From: an uncultured Verrucomicrobiota bacterium
GTDB taxonomy: Bacteria > Verrucomicrobiota > Kiritimatiellia > CAIVKH01
NCBI GenBank assembly: GCA_964503335.1
Contig: CAZCZZ010000008.1
Span: 8,911-72,910, forward strand
Length of the DNA stretch: 64,000 nt
Reading direction: 5' to 3'
Part shown: piece by piece, positions 28,301-37,548 of the stretch
Numbering within the stretch: the first letter of the stretch is position 1
Layout of the letters: each line of letters opens with the position of its first letter
The notes under the pieces: model-generated
Told to the model about the DNA's origin: nothing
Seen by the model: the letters and a program-made list of their open reading frames with translations, nothing else
The model's database searches: none
Position numbers and translations under genes: made by a program

Positions 28301-28975
28301 TCGCATGAGCGCCGGATCCAGCGACGCTTCGGCAGCCGGTGACGCGGCAAGCTCCAGTTCAAATCGTTCGCGCAGCAAGGCCACCAGGGCATGGGGCTGA
28401 TGCAGGAAGGCGTTTGCGCTGGCGAGAACGCACCGGTCCTTGTGCTGACGATGGAAGGTGAGCAGTCGCTGGTTGTAGAAGATCCAAGCCCGCGAGGCGA
28501 AGGATGGATCCTTTGCGAACACATCCGCGCCGGAGTCATGGCAGGAAGCCTCGACCTCCCACGGGTCACGGAAGAGGAGCAGAAAGGAAGCGTCAGGAAG
28601 TCTTGTCGCCCAGAAATCCAGCAGCAGTGTCGACCGCGGATCCTTCCATCCCCACGCCTGTTCCCTTCTCAATGAAGTGACAAGCTCTTCCGACTCCGCC
28701 GCGAAATCCTCCAGACGACGCGCGTCCCAGTGTCCATCTCCCGTAAAGCCCCAGTCCGGCCATCCGCCTGTTCCACCGGAAGAAGCGGCCCGCACCATGC
28801 GGCGCTGCAGGTCGAGCATGCGGGTGTCTTCGTAGTACCCGTGGGGATTGCTGACATCTCCGTTGAGCAGCGAGTCGCCCATGTGGACTCCGCACCGGTG
28901 CAGGTAGCCGGCGACAAGCGAAGTGCCCGACCGGTGCATTCCGGCTATGATCAGCGGCCTCGTGCGACTACCCAT
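25385..28975 (-). CDS. Multidomain sulfotransferase + three GT2 glycosyltransferase domains (1196 aa)
   Basis: N-terminal sulfotransferase P-loop GMHRSGTSLVAGYL; three GT2 modules (VSIIVPTHNDGRYLEEALASV…DYEIIVSDDGSAD…DADNM; FSIVMPVYNTPPAVLMDAIESV…WELCIADDRST…DHDDM; VSIIIPARNQSAVLDTCLRSI…YEILVIDHMSDEPE…NNDTE). Confidence 0.85.
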   Translation of the reverse strand: MGSRTRPLIIAGMHRSGTSLVAGYLHRCGVHMGDSLLNGDVSNPHGYYEDTRMLDLQRRMVRAASSGGTGGWPDWGFTGDGHWDARRLEDFAAESEELVTSLRREQAWGWKDPRSTLLLDFWATRLPDASFLLLFRDPWEVEASCHDSGADVFAKDPSFASRAWIFYNQRLLTFHRQHKDRCVLASANAFLHQPHALVALLRERFELELAASPAAEASLDPALMRPRVSFAGLDRFRSDPVAVDILQRLQQDADLPSDVSRPGEVRVSIIVPTHNDGRYLEEALASVERRLFRDYEIIVSDDGSADTQTLDELARAEARGHIVLRNPHRGVAATRNEAVRHARAPYILPLDADNMIEPAYIDAAIEILDAQPGLGFVYAQPRLFGNSFARRTAPDFSLPSLLAANYIDTCAVIRKSAFERVGGFDAHMPDQLGYEDWELWIRMASAGWPGQRLDAFLFHYRTRSGSLVAGCNIPENRRRLVAYMTRKHAALYAGHAPHVAAELHALLAMQEGIAAGLQQRIPALEKDVVAMQDRSAAATHRLRQEHQAQEQHLIEARLRSDEIVSARDSHVAALAAEVQSLRAHIARIEDTLVWRTRTVLAGLMARRTDKPATRAPSAWRHVQLGVRRFLTLGFKRLYLWMEAQSADVIDHALLPSPDPGVNSLAIRPLFSIVMPVYNTPPAVLMDAIESVRRQGYPDWELCIADDRSTAPGLKRLLKRIAKADNRIKVTFRKSNGHIVACSNSAAALATGDYLFFMDHDDMIADTALFEMAAAINRQPEADILYADEDKINADGWHHDPHLKPDWCPDNLLSRNYLGHPVVIKTTLFREIGGFRAGFEGSQDYDLILRATERTSKVLHVPRLLYHWRVVAGSVADDCYAKPYAYDAARKAIEEALVRRAEPGVVTMLHPGYYRIRYQIREPRKVSIIIPARNQSAVLDTCLRSIRERTTWRNYEILVIDHMSDEPEFFRVLRDAQAAGMPLRWVRATGPFNFSRLVNLGAASTDGGFLLFLNNDTEIITPDWIEGLVEHAQRKSVGAVGVKLLYPDHKVQHAGVIMGLSGGVADHAFTGLPDDHPGYFYYPHVVSNFSAVTAACMMVRRSLFDEAGGFDEQLPVEFNDTDFCLRVREMGYQNVCVPHVKVYHYESLSRGKPEAKPRSDIPTDGEVFAKRWPAYIHHDPCFHPALREDPSRHAVRG

Positions 28976-29128
28976 GGCCGGAGACTAGCCCGATTCTCGA
29001 GCTGACTGCGATGCATTATTCGTCCCCCCCGGACTTCGATTTGCGGGGAGATCAAGCACCTGTGAGCCAAGTTTTCGCCTGACCGCGCAAGCACTTTCTG
29101 CGTAGGTTCTCCGTCGGAGGAGGCGGTC

Positions 29129-30244
29129 ATGAGCAGGATCCGTGTCTTGGTGGGCACGCGCAAAGGCGCGTTTATTCTAACGTCGGACGGCAAGCGCAAG
29201 AAGTGGAAGGTGGACGGACCCCACTTCGGCGGCTGGGAGATCTATCACATCACGGGCTCGCCGGTGGACCCGGACCGGATCTATGTCTCGCAGACCAGCG
29301 GCTGGTTCGGGCAACTGATCCAGCGCTCGAACGACGGCGGGAAGACGTGGGAAACCGCGGGCAACAAGTTCGTATACGAAGGCACGCCTGGCACACACCT
29401 CTGGTACGACGGTACCCAGCACCCTTGGGAGTTCAAACGGATCTGGCATCTCGAACCGTCGTTGACCGATCCCGACACGGTGTACGCCGGCGGCGAAGAC
29501 GCGGCCTTGTTCCGCACAACCGATGGCGGGCAGAACTGGACGGAGTTTCCCGGACTCCGCAAGGCGTCGGGCAACCTGTGGCAGCCCGGCGCGGGCGGCA
29601 TGTGCCTTCATACCATCCTTCTCGATCCGAAGAACAAGGGCCGTATGTACATCGCCATCTCGGCGGCTGGCGCGTTCCGGAGCGATGACGAGGGCGCGTC
29701 GTGGCGTCCGATCAATAAAGGTCTGATCTCGCAGTATGAGCTTCCCGACCCGGATGCGAAGGTGGGCCACTGTGTCCATCGCATCGCCATGCACCCATCG
29801 CGTCCCGAGGTGCTGTTCATGCAGAAGCATTGGGACGTAATGCGCAGCGACAATGCCGGCGAGTTGTGGACGGACATTGGCGGCAACCTGCCGACGGATT
29901 TCGGGTTCCCGATCGCCGTCCACGCGCATGAGCCGGAGACGATCTACGTTGTACCGATCAAGAGCGACTCCGAGCACTATCCGCCGGATGCGAAGCTGCG
30001 CGTGTACCGCAGCCGGACCGGCGGCAACGAGTGGGAGGCACTGACGAAAGGCCTGCCGCAGAGCGATTGCTACGTGAATATCCTGCGCGAAGCAATGGCG
30101 GTCGATTCGATGGATCCGTGCGGCATCTACTTTGGAACAACAGGTGGACAGGTTTATGCATCGGCAAACTCCGGCGATAGCTGGGAACCGATTGTGCGTG
30201 ATTTGCCGGCCGTGTTATCGGTGGAAGTGCAGATGGTGAAATAG
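29129..30244 (+). CDS. BNR/Asp-box repeat beta-propeller protein (sialidase-like fold, no assigned function)
   Basis: Four S-x-D-x-G-x-(T/S)-W repeats: [32 protein letters not shown]. Confidence 0.7.
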   Translation: MSRIRVLVGTRKGAFILTSDGKRKKWKVDGPHFGGWEIYHITGSPVDPDRIYVSQTSGWFGQLIQRSNDGGKTWETAGNKFVYEGTPGTHLWYDGTQHPWEFKRIWHLEPSLTDPDTVYAGGEDAALFRTTDGGQNWTEFPGLRKASGNLWQPGAGGMCLHTILLDPKNKGRMYIAISAAGAFRSDDEGASWRPINKGLISQYELPDPDAKVGHCVHRIAMHPSRPEVLFMQKHWDVMRSDNAGELWTDIGGNLPTDFGFPIAVHAHEPETIYVVPIKSDSEHYPPDAKLRVYRSRTGGNEWEALTKGLPQSDCYVNILREAMAVDSMDPCGIYFGTTGGQVYASANSGDSWEPIVRDLPAVLSVEVQMVK

Positions 30245-30275
30245 GGTTTGAGAGGCGAGATGTGAGATCTAAGAT

Positions 30276-30581
30276 TTGAGTGAGACGATACGAGTTATTA
30301 TGCCGGCGCACCTGCGGACGCTGGCGAAGCATGGGGGCGAAGTGCTCTTGGAAGTCGGGAAACCGGTCACCATCCGTGCCGTGCTCGACGCCCTGGAAGC
30401 GCGCTATCCCATGCTGCGCGGCACGATCCGCGACCAGGTCACTCTCAAACGCCGCCCCTTCGTCCGCTTCTTCGCCTGCGAGCAGGACTGGTCCAACGAA
30501 CCCACGGATACCGAACTCCCCGAACCCATCCTCACCGGCCAGGAACCCTTCATGATCGTCGGCGCGATGGCCGGCGGGTAG
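30276..30581 (+). CDS. MoaD/ThiS/CysO-like ubiquitin-fold sulfur-carrier protein with C-terminal Gly-Gly
   Basis: Ends …MIVGAMAGG-stop; [41 protein letters not shown] pattern typical of MoaD/CysO; 31 nt downstream of the BNR gene. Confidence 0.65.
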   Translation: MSETIRVIMPAHLRTLAKHGGEVLLEVGKPVTIRAVLDALEARYPMLRGTIRDQVTLKRRPFVRFFACEQDWSNEPTDTELPEPILTGQEPFMIVGAMAGG

Positions 30582-30647
30582 CTCCGCCTGTAGCCGGGGT
30601 CGGCTCCCCCCGGCTACAGTTCGGCTGATTTCCGAGTTCCCTCGCTA

Positions 30648-30667
30648 TCCGTGTGTTCCGTGGGCAA
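30648..30667. repeat. 20-nt motif TCCGTGTGTTCCGTGGGCAA (CCGTG-N4-CCGTG direct repeat) upstream of uvrA
   Basis: Exact copy of the motif found in four further copies at 33646-33830. Confidence 0.7.
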
Positions 30668-30763
30668 ATCTCCTCTCTTCCGGCCCACCGTGCCGACCTT
30701 GTGTCGCGGTTCCGGGTCGCGTATCCTTCCGGGTTCGGGGAATCGCACGTTTCGGACGTTATC

Positions 30764-33625
30764 ATGAGCAAGGAATTCATTGTCGTTTCGGGGGCGCGGG
30801 AGCATAACCTGAAGAATATTACGGTTCGGATTCCTCGGGATTCGCTGACGGTGATTACGGGGTTGAGCGGGTCGGGGAAGTCTTCGCTGGCGTTTGACAC
30901 GCTCTATGCCGAGGGGCAGCGGAAGTATGTGGAGAGCCTGTCCGTCTATGCCCGGCAGTTCCTTGAGCAGATGCAGAAGCCGGATGTGGACTTCATTGAA
31001 GGGTTGTCGCCGGCGATCTCCATTGAGCAGCGCACCGCCGGGTCGAATCCGCGTTCCATCGTGGCGACGACGACGGAGATTCATGATTACCTCCGACTCC
31101 TCTACGCGAGCGTTGGCAAGCCGCACTGCCCGACGTGCGGGCGTCCGATCACGAAGCAGACGGCTGAGCAGATCGTCGAATTGCTCCTGAAGCTCCCTGC
31201 GGACACCAAGCTCATGATCCTTGCACCGAAGGTGAAGGGGCGAAAGGGCGAGCACAGCGAAATCTTTGAAGCGCTGCGCAAGCAGGGCTTCGTGCGGGCC
31301 CGGGTCGATGGCGAGATTGTCGAGATCGAAAAGGTCAAGAAACTCGATAAGAAGAAGAGCCACACGATCGACATTGTCGTCGATCGCATCGTCGTCGGCG
31401 AGAAGGCGCGGACGCGATTGACGGATTCCGTCGAGACGGCGCTGCGGCAGGGCGAAGGACAGCTCCTCGCGCTCACCCAGGATGGCGCATCGTGGAAAGA
31501 ATCGCTGTACTCCGAAAAGCAGGCCTGCGTGCATTGCGGAATCAGTTTCGACACGCTGACGCCGCGGTATTTCTCGTTCAACAGCCCGTACGGCGCGTGC
31601 CCGAAATGTCTGGGCCTGGGACAGATGTCCGTGTTCGACGAGGAACTGATCGTGCCGGACTGGGACCTGTCGCTCGAAGAGGGCGCGATTCATCCCTGGA
31701 AACGCGGCGGGCGTCGGCTTTCCATGTATCTCAAGGGAATCATCCGCGCCGTGGCGAAGCATTACGGGGTCGATACGGACATGCCCTACAAGAAGTTGCC
31801 CGAGGATTTCCGCCACGTGCTGATGCACGGGTCAGGCGAGACCGAGATTGCTTTCCAGCTCGCGCGGGGCGGCACGGCGCAGAAGTACAGCAAGCCGTTC
31901 GAGGGCGTGATTCCGAACCTGGTCCGACGCCAGGAGGAGACGAAGAGCAATTACATGCGCGAGAAGATGAAGGACTACATGAGCTATCAGCCGTGTACGT
32001 CCTGCAACGGTGCGCGGCTTCGTCCTGAATCGCTCTCCGTCTTCGTTGGCGGCAAATCCATCCTCGACGTGTGTCGCAGCTCGGTGCGAAACGCCCTCAC
32101 GTTCTTCGGCGAGGTGTCGTTCACGCCGCAGGAGGAAGTGATCACGCGGGAAGTGGTGAAGGAAATCCGGCAGCGCCTGAAATTCCTCGCCGACGTCGGG
32201 CTCGACTACCTGACGCTCGATCGCGAGAGCGGAACGCTTTCTGGCGGCGAGGCGCAGCGCATCCGCCTTGCCACACAGATCGGTGCGGGACTTGTCGGTG
32301 TGCTCTACGTGCTCGACGAACCGAGCATCGGATTGCACCAGCGCGACAACGAGCGGCTGATCGAAACGATGAAGGGCCTGCGCGATCTCGGGAACACGGT
32401 CGTCGTGGTGGAGCATGACGAGCAGACAATCCGCGAGGCGAACTATGTCATCGACCTTGGCCCCGCGGCTGGAATCCATGGCGGCGAGTTAATGCACGCC
32501 GGTACCGTCGAGGAGCTGCTGCAGAACCAGCGCTCGCTCACGGCGCGCTACATGCGACGCGAGGTTGAGATCACGACGCCGACGACGCGCAACAAGCCGG
32601 GCGAGGGCTGGCTGCGCGTGACTGGCGCGGAAGAGAACAACCTGAAGAACATCGACGTGAATATCCCGCTCGGCCTGCTCGTGTGCATCACGGGTGTGTC
32701 GGGAAGCGGCAAGAGCACGTTGATGGATGACCTGTTGCGCAAGGCCTTATTCCGACACTTCTACAGCTCCAAGGACCGCCCTGGAAAACACAAGAAGCTC
32801 ACCGGCCTGGAGTATCTCGACAAGGTCATCGTCATCGACCAGTCGCCGATCGGTCGCACGCCGCGCAGCAATCCTGTGACGTACACGGGCGCCTTCGGAT
32901 TGATCCGCGACCTCTTCGCGATGCTGCCCGGGTCGAAGATCCGCGGCTATGGACCGGGCCGTTACAGTTTTAATGTGAAGGGCGGGCGCTGCGAGACGTG
33001 CAAGGGCGACGGCTTGATCAAGATCGAGATGCATTTCCTGCCCGACGTGTATGTCACCTGCGAACAATGTCGCGGCCGCCGCTACAACAGCGAAACGCTG
33101 GCCGTGAAATTCAACGGCAAGAGCATCGCGGACGTGCTCGACATGACAATCGAGGAAGGATGCGAGTTCTTCCGCAACGTGCAGGGCATTGAGAGGAAGC
33201 TGCGCACGCTCGCCGAGGTGGGCCTGGGCTACCTGCAACTCGGGCAGCCGGCGACCACGCTATCGGGCGGTGAGGCGCAGCGCGTCAAGCTGTCGGCCGA
33301 ACTGAGCCGCGTGCAGACCGGGCGCACGCTCTACCTCATGGACGAGCCGACGACGGGACTTCACTTTGCGGATGTACACAAGCTGGTGCAAGTGCTGGAG
33401 CGGCTGCGGGATGCCGGGAACACGCTGGTCGTCATCGAACATAATCTCGACGTGATCAAGATGGCAGATTACATCCTTGATCTGGGGCCCGAGGGCGGCG
33501 AGGCCGGGGGCCGCATCGTAGCCCAGGGAACGCCGGAACAGGTTGCGAATACGCCGGGGTCGCACACAGGGCGCTACCTGGCCGAAGCGCTGTCGCAGAC
33601 GGTGAATGGAATGCAAAAGACGTAA
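30764..33625 (+). CDS. uvrA: Excinuclease ABC subunit A
   Basis: [60 protein letters not shown]…; two ABC modules and zinc fingers; 953 aa. ORF-track start 30653 (MFRGQ…) is an upstream extension through the repeat motif. Confidence 0.95.
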   Translation: MSKEFIVVSGAREHNLKNITVRIPRDSLTVITGLSGSGKSSLAFDTLYAEGQRKYVESLSVYARQFLEQMQKPDVDFIEGLSPAISIEQRTAGSNPRSIVATTTEIHDYLRLLYASVGKPHCPTCGRPITKQTAEQIVELLLKLPADTKLMILAPKVKGRKGEHSEIFEALRKQGFVRARVDGEIVEIEKVKKLDKKKSHTIDIVVDRIVVGEKARTRLTDSVETALRQGEGQLLALTQDGASWKESLYSEKQACVHCGISFDTLTPRYFSFNSPYGACPKCLGLGQMSVFDEELIVPDWDLSLEEGAIHPWKRGGRRLSMYLKGIIRAVAKHYGVDTDMPYKKLPEDFRHVLMHGSGETEIAFQLARGGTAQKYSKPFEGVIPNLVRRQEETKSNYMREKMKDYMSYQPCTSCNGARLRPESLSVFVGGKSILDVCRSSVRNALTFFGEVSFTPQEEVITREVVKEIRQRLKFLADVGLDYLTLDRESGTLSGGEAQRIRLATQIGAGLVGVLYVLDEPSIGLHQRDNERLIETMKGLRDLGNTVVVVEHDEQTIREANYVIDLGPAAGIHGGELMHAGTVEELLQNQRSLTARYMRREVEITTPTTRNKPGEGWLRVTGAEENNLKNIDVNIPLGLLVCITGVSGSGKSTLMDDLLRKALFRHFYSSKDRPGKHKKLTGLEYLDKVIVIDQSPIGRTPRSNPVTYTGAFGLIRDLFAMLPGSKIRGYGPGRYSFNVKGGRCETCKGDGLIKIEMHFLPDVYVTCEQCRGRRYNSETLAVKFNGKSIADVLDMTIEEGCEFFRNVQGIERKLRTLAEVGLGYLQLGQPATTLSGGEAQRVKLSAELSRVQTGRTLYLMDEPTTGLHFADVHKLVQVLERLRDAGNTLVVIEHNLDVIKMADYILDLGPEGGEAGGRIVAQGTPEQVANTPGSHTGRYLAEALSQTVNGMQKT

Positions 33626-33645
33626 GACCTCGACCGATGGAGGAT

Positions 33646-33830
33646 TTGCCCACGGAACACACGGAATACGCGGACGGAAGAGAAGATGGTTGCCCACGGA
33701 GGTCACGGATGAAGAGGATTTCCGAGGGAAGAGTTTCTATTCTCTTCTCTGAAATATCCTTCCTTATCCGTGACCTCCGTGGGCAAAACTCCTGTCGGTC
33801 TTCCGTGTAGTCCGTGTGTTCCGTGGGCAA
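33646..33830. repeat. ~185-bp nested inverted-repeat element built from the CCGTG-N4-CCGTG-GGCAA motif (MITE/REP-like or regulator-binding array)
   Basis: TTGCCCACGGAACACACGGA (33646-65) pairs with TCCGTGTGTTCCGTGGGCAA (33811-30); TTGCCCACGGAGGTCACGGAT (33690-710) pairs with ATCCGTGACCTCCGTGGGCAA (33766-86); an extra CCGTG at 33803. Confidence 0.7.
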
Positions 33831-33884
33831 TATCGGCTCCTGGACGTCTTATCTGGAAAGCGGAACCTTCCTGGATACGTGTAC

Positions 33885-36431
33885 ATGACGAAGTGGCAAT
33901 CATCGCGGTCGGTTTTGAAGAGCAAGGCCATCCTGGTCTTGGCCGGGTTTGCTTGCCTTCTTGCCCCTTTGGTGGTGGCCGCGCCACCGCTTGAAGATCG
34001 TGATCCTGCGTTTGTCGCGGGGCGCGCTGCGCTGGAGGACGGGCTTTACGACCTCGCGCAGAAGAAGTTTGAGGAGTTCATCCGCAAGTCGTACTTCCGC
34101 GGCAAGAGAGCCCTTGGTGCGCTCTATCTTGTCCAAGCCCTCAGCGCGCAGGGGAAGCATGAGGAGATTGCGACGTGGCTGGCGGAGAACAAGCGGCTGA
34201 CGGACGATACGGCGGTGGCGGGTGGTCTCACGTACTGGCTGGCCAAGGCGCAGTTTGATCTGGCGCGGGCCGACGAAGCGCTGCTTACGCTTGAAGGATT
34301 CGAAACGCGCTTTCCCACGGACCCTTCCCGGGCACCGGCGGAACGTTTGCGCGCGGAGATTTATCGCTCGACGGGCCGGACCAACGAAGCGCTCGCGGCT
34401 TATGCGCGAGCGGCGTCCGTCGAATCGGACGACGCATTCGCCGTCGACAATCTGCTCGCGTGGTCGTCGCTGCTGCTCGAGGGCAAGATGAAAGACGATG
34501 CCGAGGACATCCTGCGGCGTGTGCTGAAGAACTATCCGGACACCCCGGGGTCCTTCGCGGCGAAGCTTTGGCTGGGCCAGATGCTGGTGGAGCGCAAGGA
34601 TTGCGAGGAGGCGACGAAGCTGCTGGAAAGCGTTACGGCAGCGACAGAGGTTGCGCCGGACATGCGGGCGGGCGCCTTGATCGGGCTGTCTGCCTGCCAC
34701 ATCGCGAACTCGAATCTCGCCGAGGCGGCGTCGAACCTGCAACAGGCCGACGCCCTGGCGACGGAGGCAAAGATCCGCGTGCAATCCCGGATCGACCGCG
34801 CACGCGTGCTGCGTGACATGAATCGGACCGACGAAGCCGTGGCCTTGCTGGAAGAAACGATCCGGACCTTCACGGGTGATCCGGGCTTGGGTCCGGCCCA
34901 GATGGACCTCGCGAAGCTGCTGCTTCAGCAGCGTCACTTCACCAAGGCGCTCGATGCCTTCCAGCGCTATCTCGAGGCGTTCACGGATCCCGAAGGGGAA
35001 GCGCAGGCATTGATCGGTCGCAGTTGGTGTCTCTGGGAGTTGGGCCGTTTCGCCGAGGCCGCGGCTTCGTTTGAACGCTCCTACGAGGTATTGAAGTCGC
35101 CGGCAGAGCGCGAGATGGCGATGAAGAAGGCCGGCGATGCCTATTTCGCCAATGGCCAGTACAAGCTTGCCCTGGAGAAGTACCGCGAGTTCCGCGAAGC
35201 GTACATGAAGAGCCCGCAGCTTCCTGAAGTCCTGTTCCAGCTCGCCGAATGCGAAGGACGCCTCGGCGAATTCGAGAACGCGGAAGCGGGCTTTGTGCTC
35301 ATCACGGACCAGTATCCGGAAAGTCCGCTTGCCGAGTCTGCCGTGTTCCGTCTTGCCGCCCTCAAGGAGCAGCAGGGCAAGTGGGATGAAGCCGCGCGGC
35401 ATTACGATGATTTCATGCTGATGCACCCGAAGAGTTCGCAGTGGGTCGGGGCCTTGCTGGGTCGCGGCCAGGCACGCTACCGGGCGGGGCAGTTTGAGAT
35501 GGCCTACAAGGACTTCGGAGAAGTCCTCGACATGTACCCGGCCACCGAGTGGGCCGAGCAGGCCTTCTACCTTCGCGGGTGGTGCCTCTACATGACGGGT
35601 GATACCGCGAAGGCGTTGCAGCTTTGCCGTCAATTCGTGGAGACCCTGCCGCAATCGCGGTGGGTGCCCGACGTGCGATTCTGGCTGGCGGAGCAGCTGT
35701 TCAACGCGAAGGAATACGACAAGGCGGAGGCGGCCTTCCTGGAAATCGTGTCGCTGCATCCAGCGAGCGAGCTCGCGGACGATGCCTTCTACTGGGCGGG
35801 GCGATCCGCCATGGCTGCCAACGACTACCGGCGATCCATCACGCATTTCAACGACATGCTGAAAACGTTCACGAACAGCTCTCGCCGGTGCGAGGCCCGG
35901 TTTGCGCAGGGCGATGCGCTGAGCGAACTCGGCGAGTTCTCGGGCGCGATCCTGGCGTTTGACGATGTGGTGAAGAGCTGCGCCGGATCGCCGATCGCGG
36001 ATCGCGCGATGGGCCGCAAGGGCGACTGCCAGTACACGCTCGGCGCGGACAAGGCGGAGCGATACCAGGAAGCGCTCGCTTCCTACCAGTCCGTCCTCGA
36101 CAGCCCGCTCGCGACGGCTGACGTGCGGATGCAGGGCGAGTTCAAGATGGGTCGCTGCCTGGAGAAGCTGGGGCGACGGACGGAGGCTCTGGAGCATTAC
36201 ATGAACGTTGTGTATAACTGGCTCCTCGAGCGGGACGCCGGGAACGAACCGGATGTGATCTGGTTTACGCGGTCCGCCTTTGGCGCCGCTGCCCTGAAGG
36301 AGAGCGAGGGGCGTTGGGACGAGGCGCTTAGGATCTACCAGCGCGTGGTAGATGCGGGTGTTCCGGCATCGCCCGATGCGCGCAACCGGATCGAGAAGAT
36401 CCGCAACGAGAAGCAGCCGCGGCAGGCCTGA
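33885..36431 (+). CDS. Large secreted tetratricopeptide-repeat (TPR) protein
   Basis: Signal peptide MTKWQSSRSVLKSKAILVLAGFACLLAPLVVAAP; >15 TPR-like helical repeats (A..Y/F..G/A pattern). Confidence 0.8.
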   Translation: MTKWQSSRSVLKSKAILVLAGFACLLAPLVVAAPPLEDRDPAFVAGRAALEDGLYDLAQKKFEEFIRKSYFRGKRALGALYLVQALSAQGKHEEIATWLAENKRLTDDTAVAGGLTYWLAKAQFDLARADEALLTLEGFETRFPTDPSRAPAERLRAEIYRSTGRTNEALAAYARAASVESDDAFAVDNLLAWSSLLLEGKMKDDAEDILRRVLKNYPDTPGSFAAKLWLGQMLVERKDCEEATKLLESVTAATEVAPDMRAGALIGLSACHIANSNLAEAASNLQQADALATEAKIRVQSRIDRARVLRDMNRTDEAVALLEETIRTFTGDPGLGPAQMDLAKLLLQQRHFTKALDAFQRYLEAFTDPEGEAQALIGRSWCLWELGRFAEAAASFERSYEVLKSPAEREMAMKKAGDAYFANGQYKLALEKYREFREAYMKSPQLPEVLFQLAECEGRLGEFENAEAGFVLITDQYPESPLAESAVFRLAALKEQQGKWDEAARHYDDFMLMHPKSSQWVGALLGRGQARYRAGQFEMAYKDFGEVLDMYPATEWAEQAFYLRGWCLYMTGDTAKALQLCRQFVETLPQSRWVPDVRFWLAEQLFNAKEYDKAEAAFLEIVSLHPASELADDAFYWAGRSAMAANDYRRSITHFNDMLKTFTNSSRRCEARFAQGDALSELGEFSGAILAFDDVVKSCAGSPIADRAMGRKGDCQYTLGADKAERYQEALASYQSVLDSPLATADVRMQGEFKMGRCLEKLGRRTEALEHYMNVVYNWLLERDAGNEPDVIWFTRSAFGAAALKESEGRWDEALRIYQRVVDAGVPASPDARNRIEKIRNEKQPRQA

Positions 36432-36442
36432 GGAGTTGACGC

Positions 36443-37084
36443 ATGATGCATTTGATACAGCAGGGTGGCCCGATGACGCTGGTTATCATCGGGATCAGCT
36501 TCATCGCTGCCACGATTTTCTTTGAACGGGCATTCCATCTGCATCGCGCACAGATCCGGGCCGGCGATTTTCTCCAGGGCATCTTCAATATCATCGGTCG
36601 CGGCACCGGTGACGTGGGCGGCCGGCTCGTGGAAGCCATCAGTATCTGTGACGAGACGCCGGGGCCTGTTTCCCAGATGGTACGCGCCGCAATCCTCGCG
36701 CATGACCAGAGTCCCGCGCACATGCGCCAGGCCATGGAAACAGCGGGTCTGGCCGAGATACCGCGCCTGGAGAGGCATCTGGGCCTGCTGCTTTCCCTTG
36801 CGCAGGCGGCGCCCCTTTGCGGGCTGCTGGGAACCGTCCTTGGACTCATCGAAGTCCTCGGCACGATCCACGCGAAGGCGCCGCTCATTCATGCCGGCGA
36901 TCTCGGCGGCGGGATGTGGCAGGCGTTGATCTCCAGCGCCGCCGGACTCATCGTCGCGATCCCGACCTATTTCGGCTACAACCTACTTGTCAGCCGCGTG
37001 GAATCCGTGGTCCTCGAGATGGAACGCGTCTTCCCCGAAGTGCTGACCTTCTTTCGCAACCGGGAAAACGGACAGGGCAAGTGA
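36443..37084 (+). CDS. exbB: MotA/TolQ/ExbB proton-channel family protein
   Basis: 3-TM layout with conserved C-terminal region LAPLCGLLGTVLGLIEVLGTI…GMWQALISSAAGLIVAIP. Confidence 0.85.
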   Translation: MMHLIQQGGPMTLVIIGISFIAATIFFERAFHLHRAQIRAGDFLQGIFNIIGRGTGDVGGRLVEAISICDETPGPVSQMVRAAILAHDQSPAHMRQAMETAGLAEIPRLERHLGLLLSLAQAAPLCGLLGTVLGLIEVLGTIHAKAPLIHAGDLGGGMWQALISSAAGLIVAIPTYFGYNLLVSRVESVVLEMERVFPEVLTFFRNRENGQGK

Positions 37085-37548
37085 TGGAGACCGACGAGCA
37101 GGTCCTGACGCAGCGGCTTTTCTACTTGCGCCGTCGCTACATGCCGCAACACCGCATGCTGCGCGGGATCATCGACGCGCCGTCGTGGGTGAATGTCGTC
37201 CTGCTCGTCCTCATGTTCTTCATCCTGCAATCCGGCTTCGTGCTGCAACCGGGCATTGTTGTGGATTTGCCTGCATCGCCGATGATCGACGGCGCCCGGT
37301 ATGGCAGCCTCGTGGTGACGCTCGGCAGCGAGGGCATGATCTTCTTTGACGACGAGCGCACGACGATGGACGGGCTCGGCACGAAGATCATGCTCGCGGC
37401 AAAGGAGAATCCGGATTCCGCCCTCGTCATTGAAGCGGACGGGCGTGTCGCCCAGAGCCGGCTGGTGGAAGTGTACAACCTTGCGCTGAAGGCGGGCATT
37501 CGCAAAGTCGTGCTCGCCACGCGCATCGCGGCGCAGACCAAGCCATGA
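37084..37548 (+). CDS. exbD: ExbD/TolR biopolymer transport protein
   Basis: ATG overlaps exbB stop (TGATGG); single TM (VNVVLLVLMFFIL) plus ExbD periplasmic domain (LVVTLGSEGMIFFDDER…ALVIEADGRVAQSRLVEVYNLALKAGI). Confidence 0.85.
   Translation: METDEQVLTQRLFYLRRRYMPQHRMLRGIIDAPSWVNVVLLVLMFFILQSGFVLQPGIVVDLPASPMIDGARYGSLVVTLGSEGMIFFDDERTTMDGLGTKIMLAAKENPDSALVIEADGRVAQSRLVEVYNLALKAGIRKVVLATRIAAQTKP

Noticed and set aside
30653-33884. ORF-track starts 'MFRGQ…' for uvrA (30653) and the TPR gene (33816).
   Set aside because: Both arise because the repeated motif …GTGTTCCGTGGGCAA… supplies an in-frame start codon. Homology-consistent starts are MSKEF (30764) and MTKWQ (33885).
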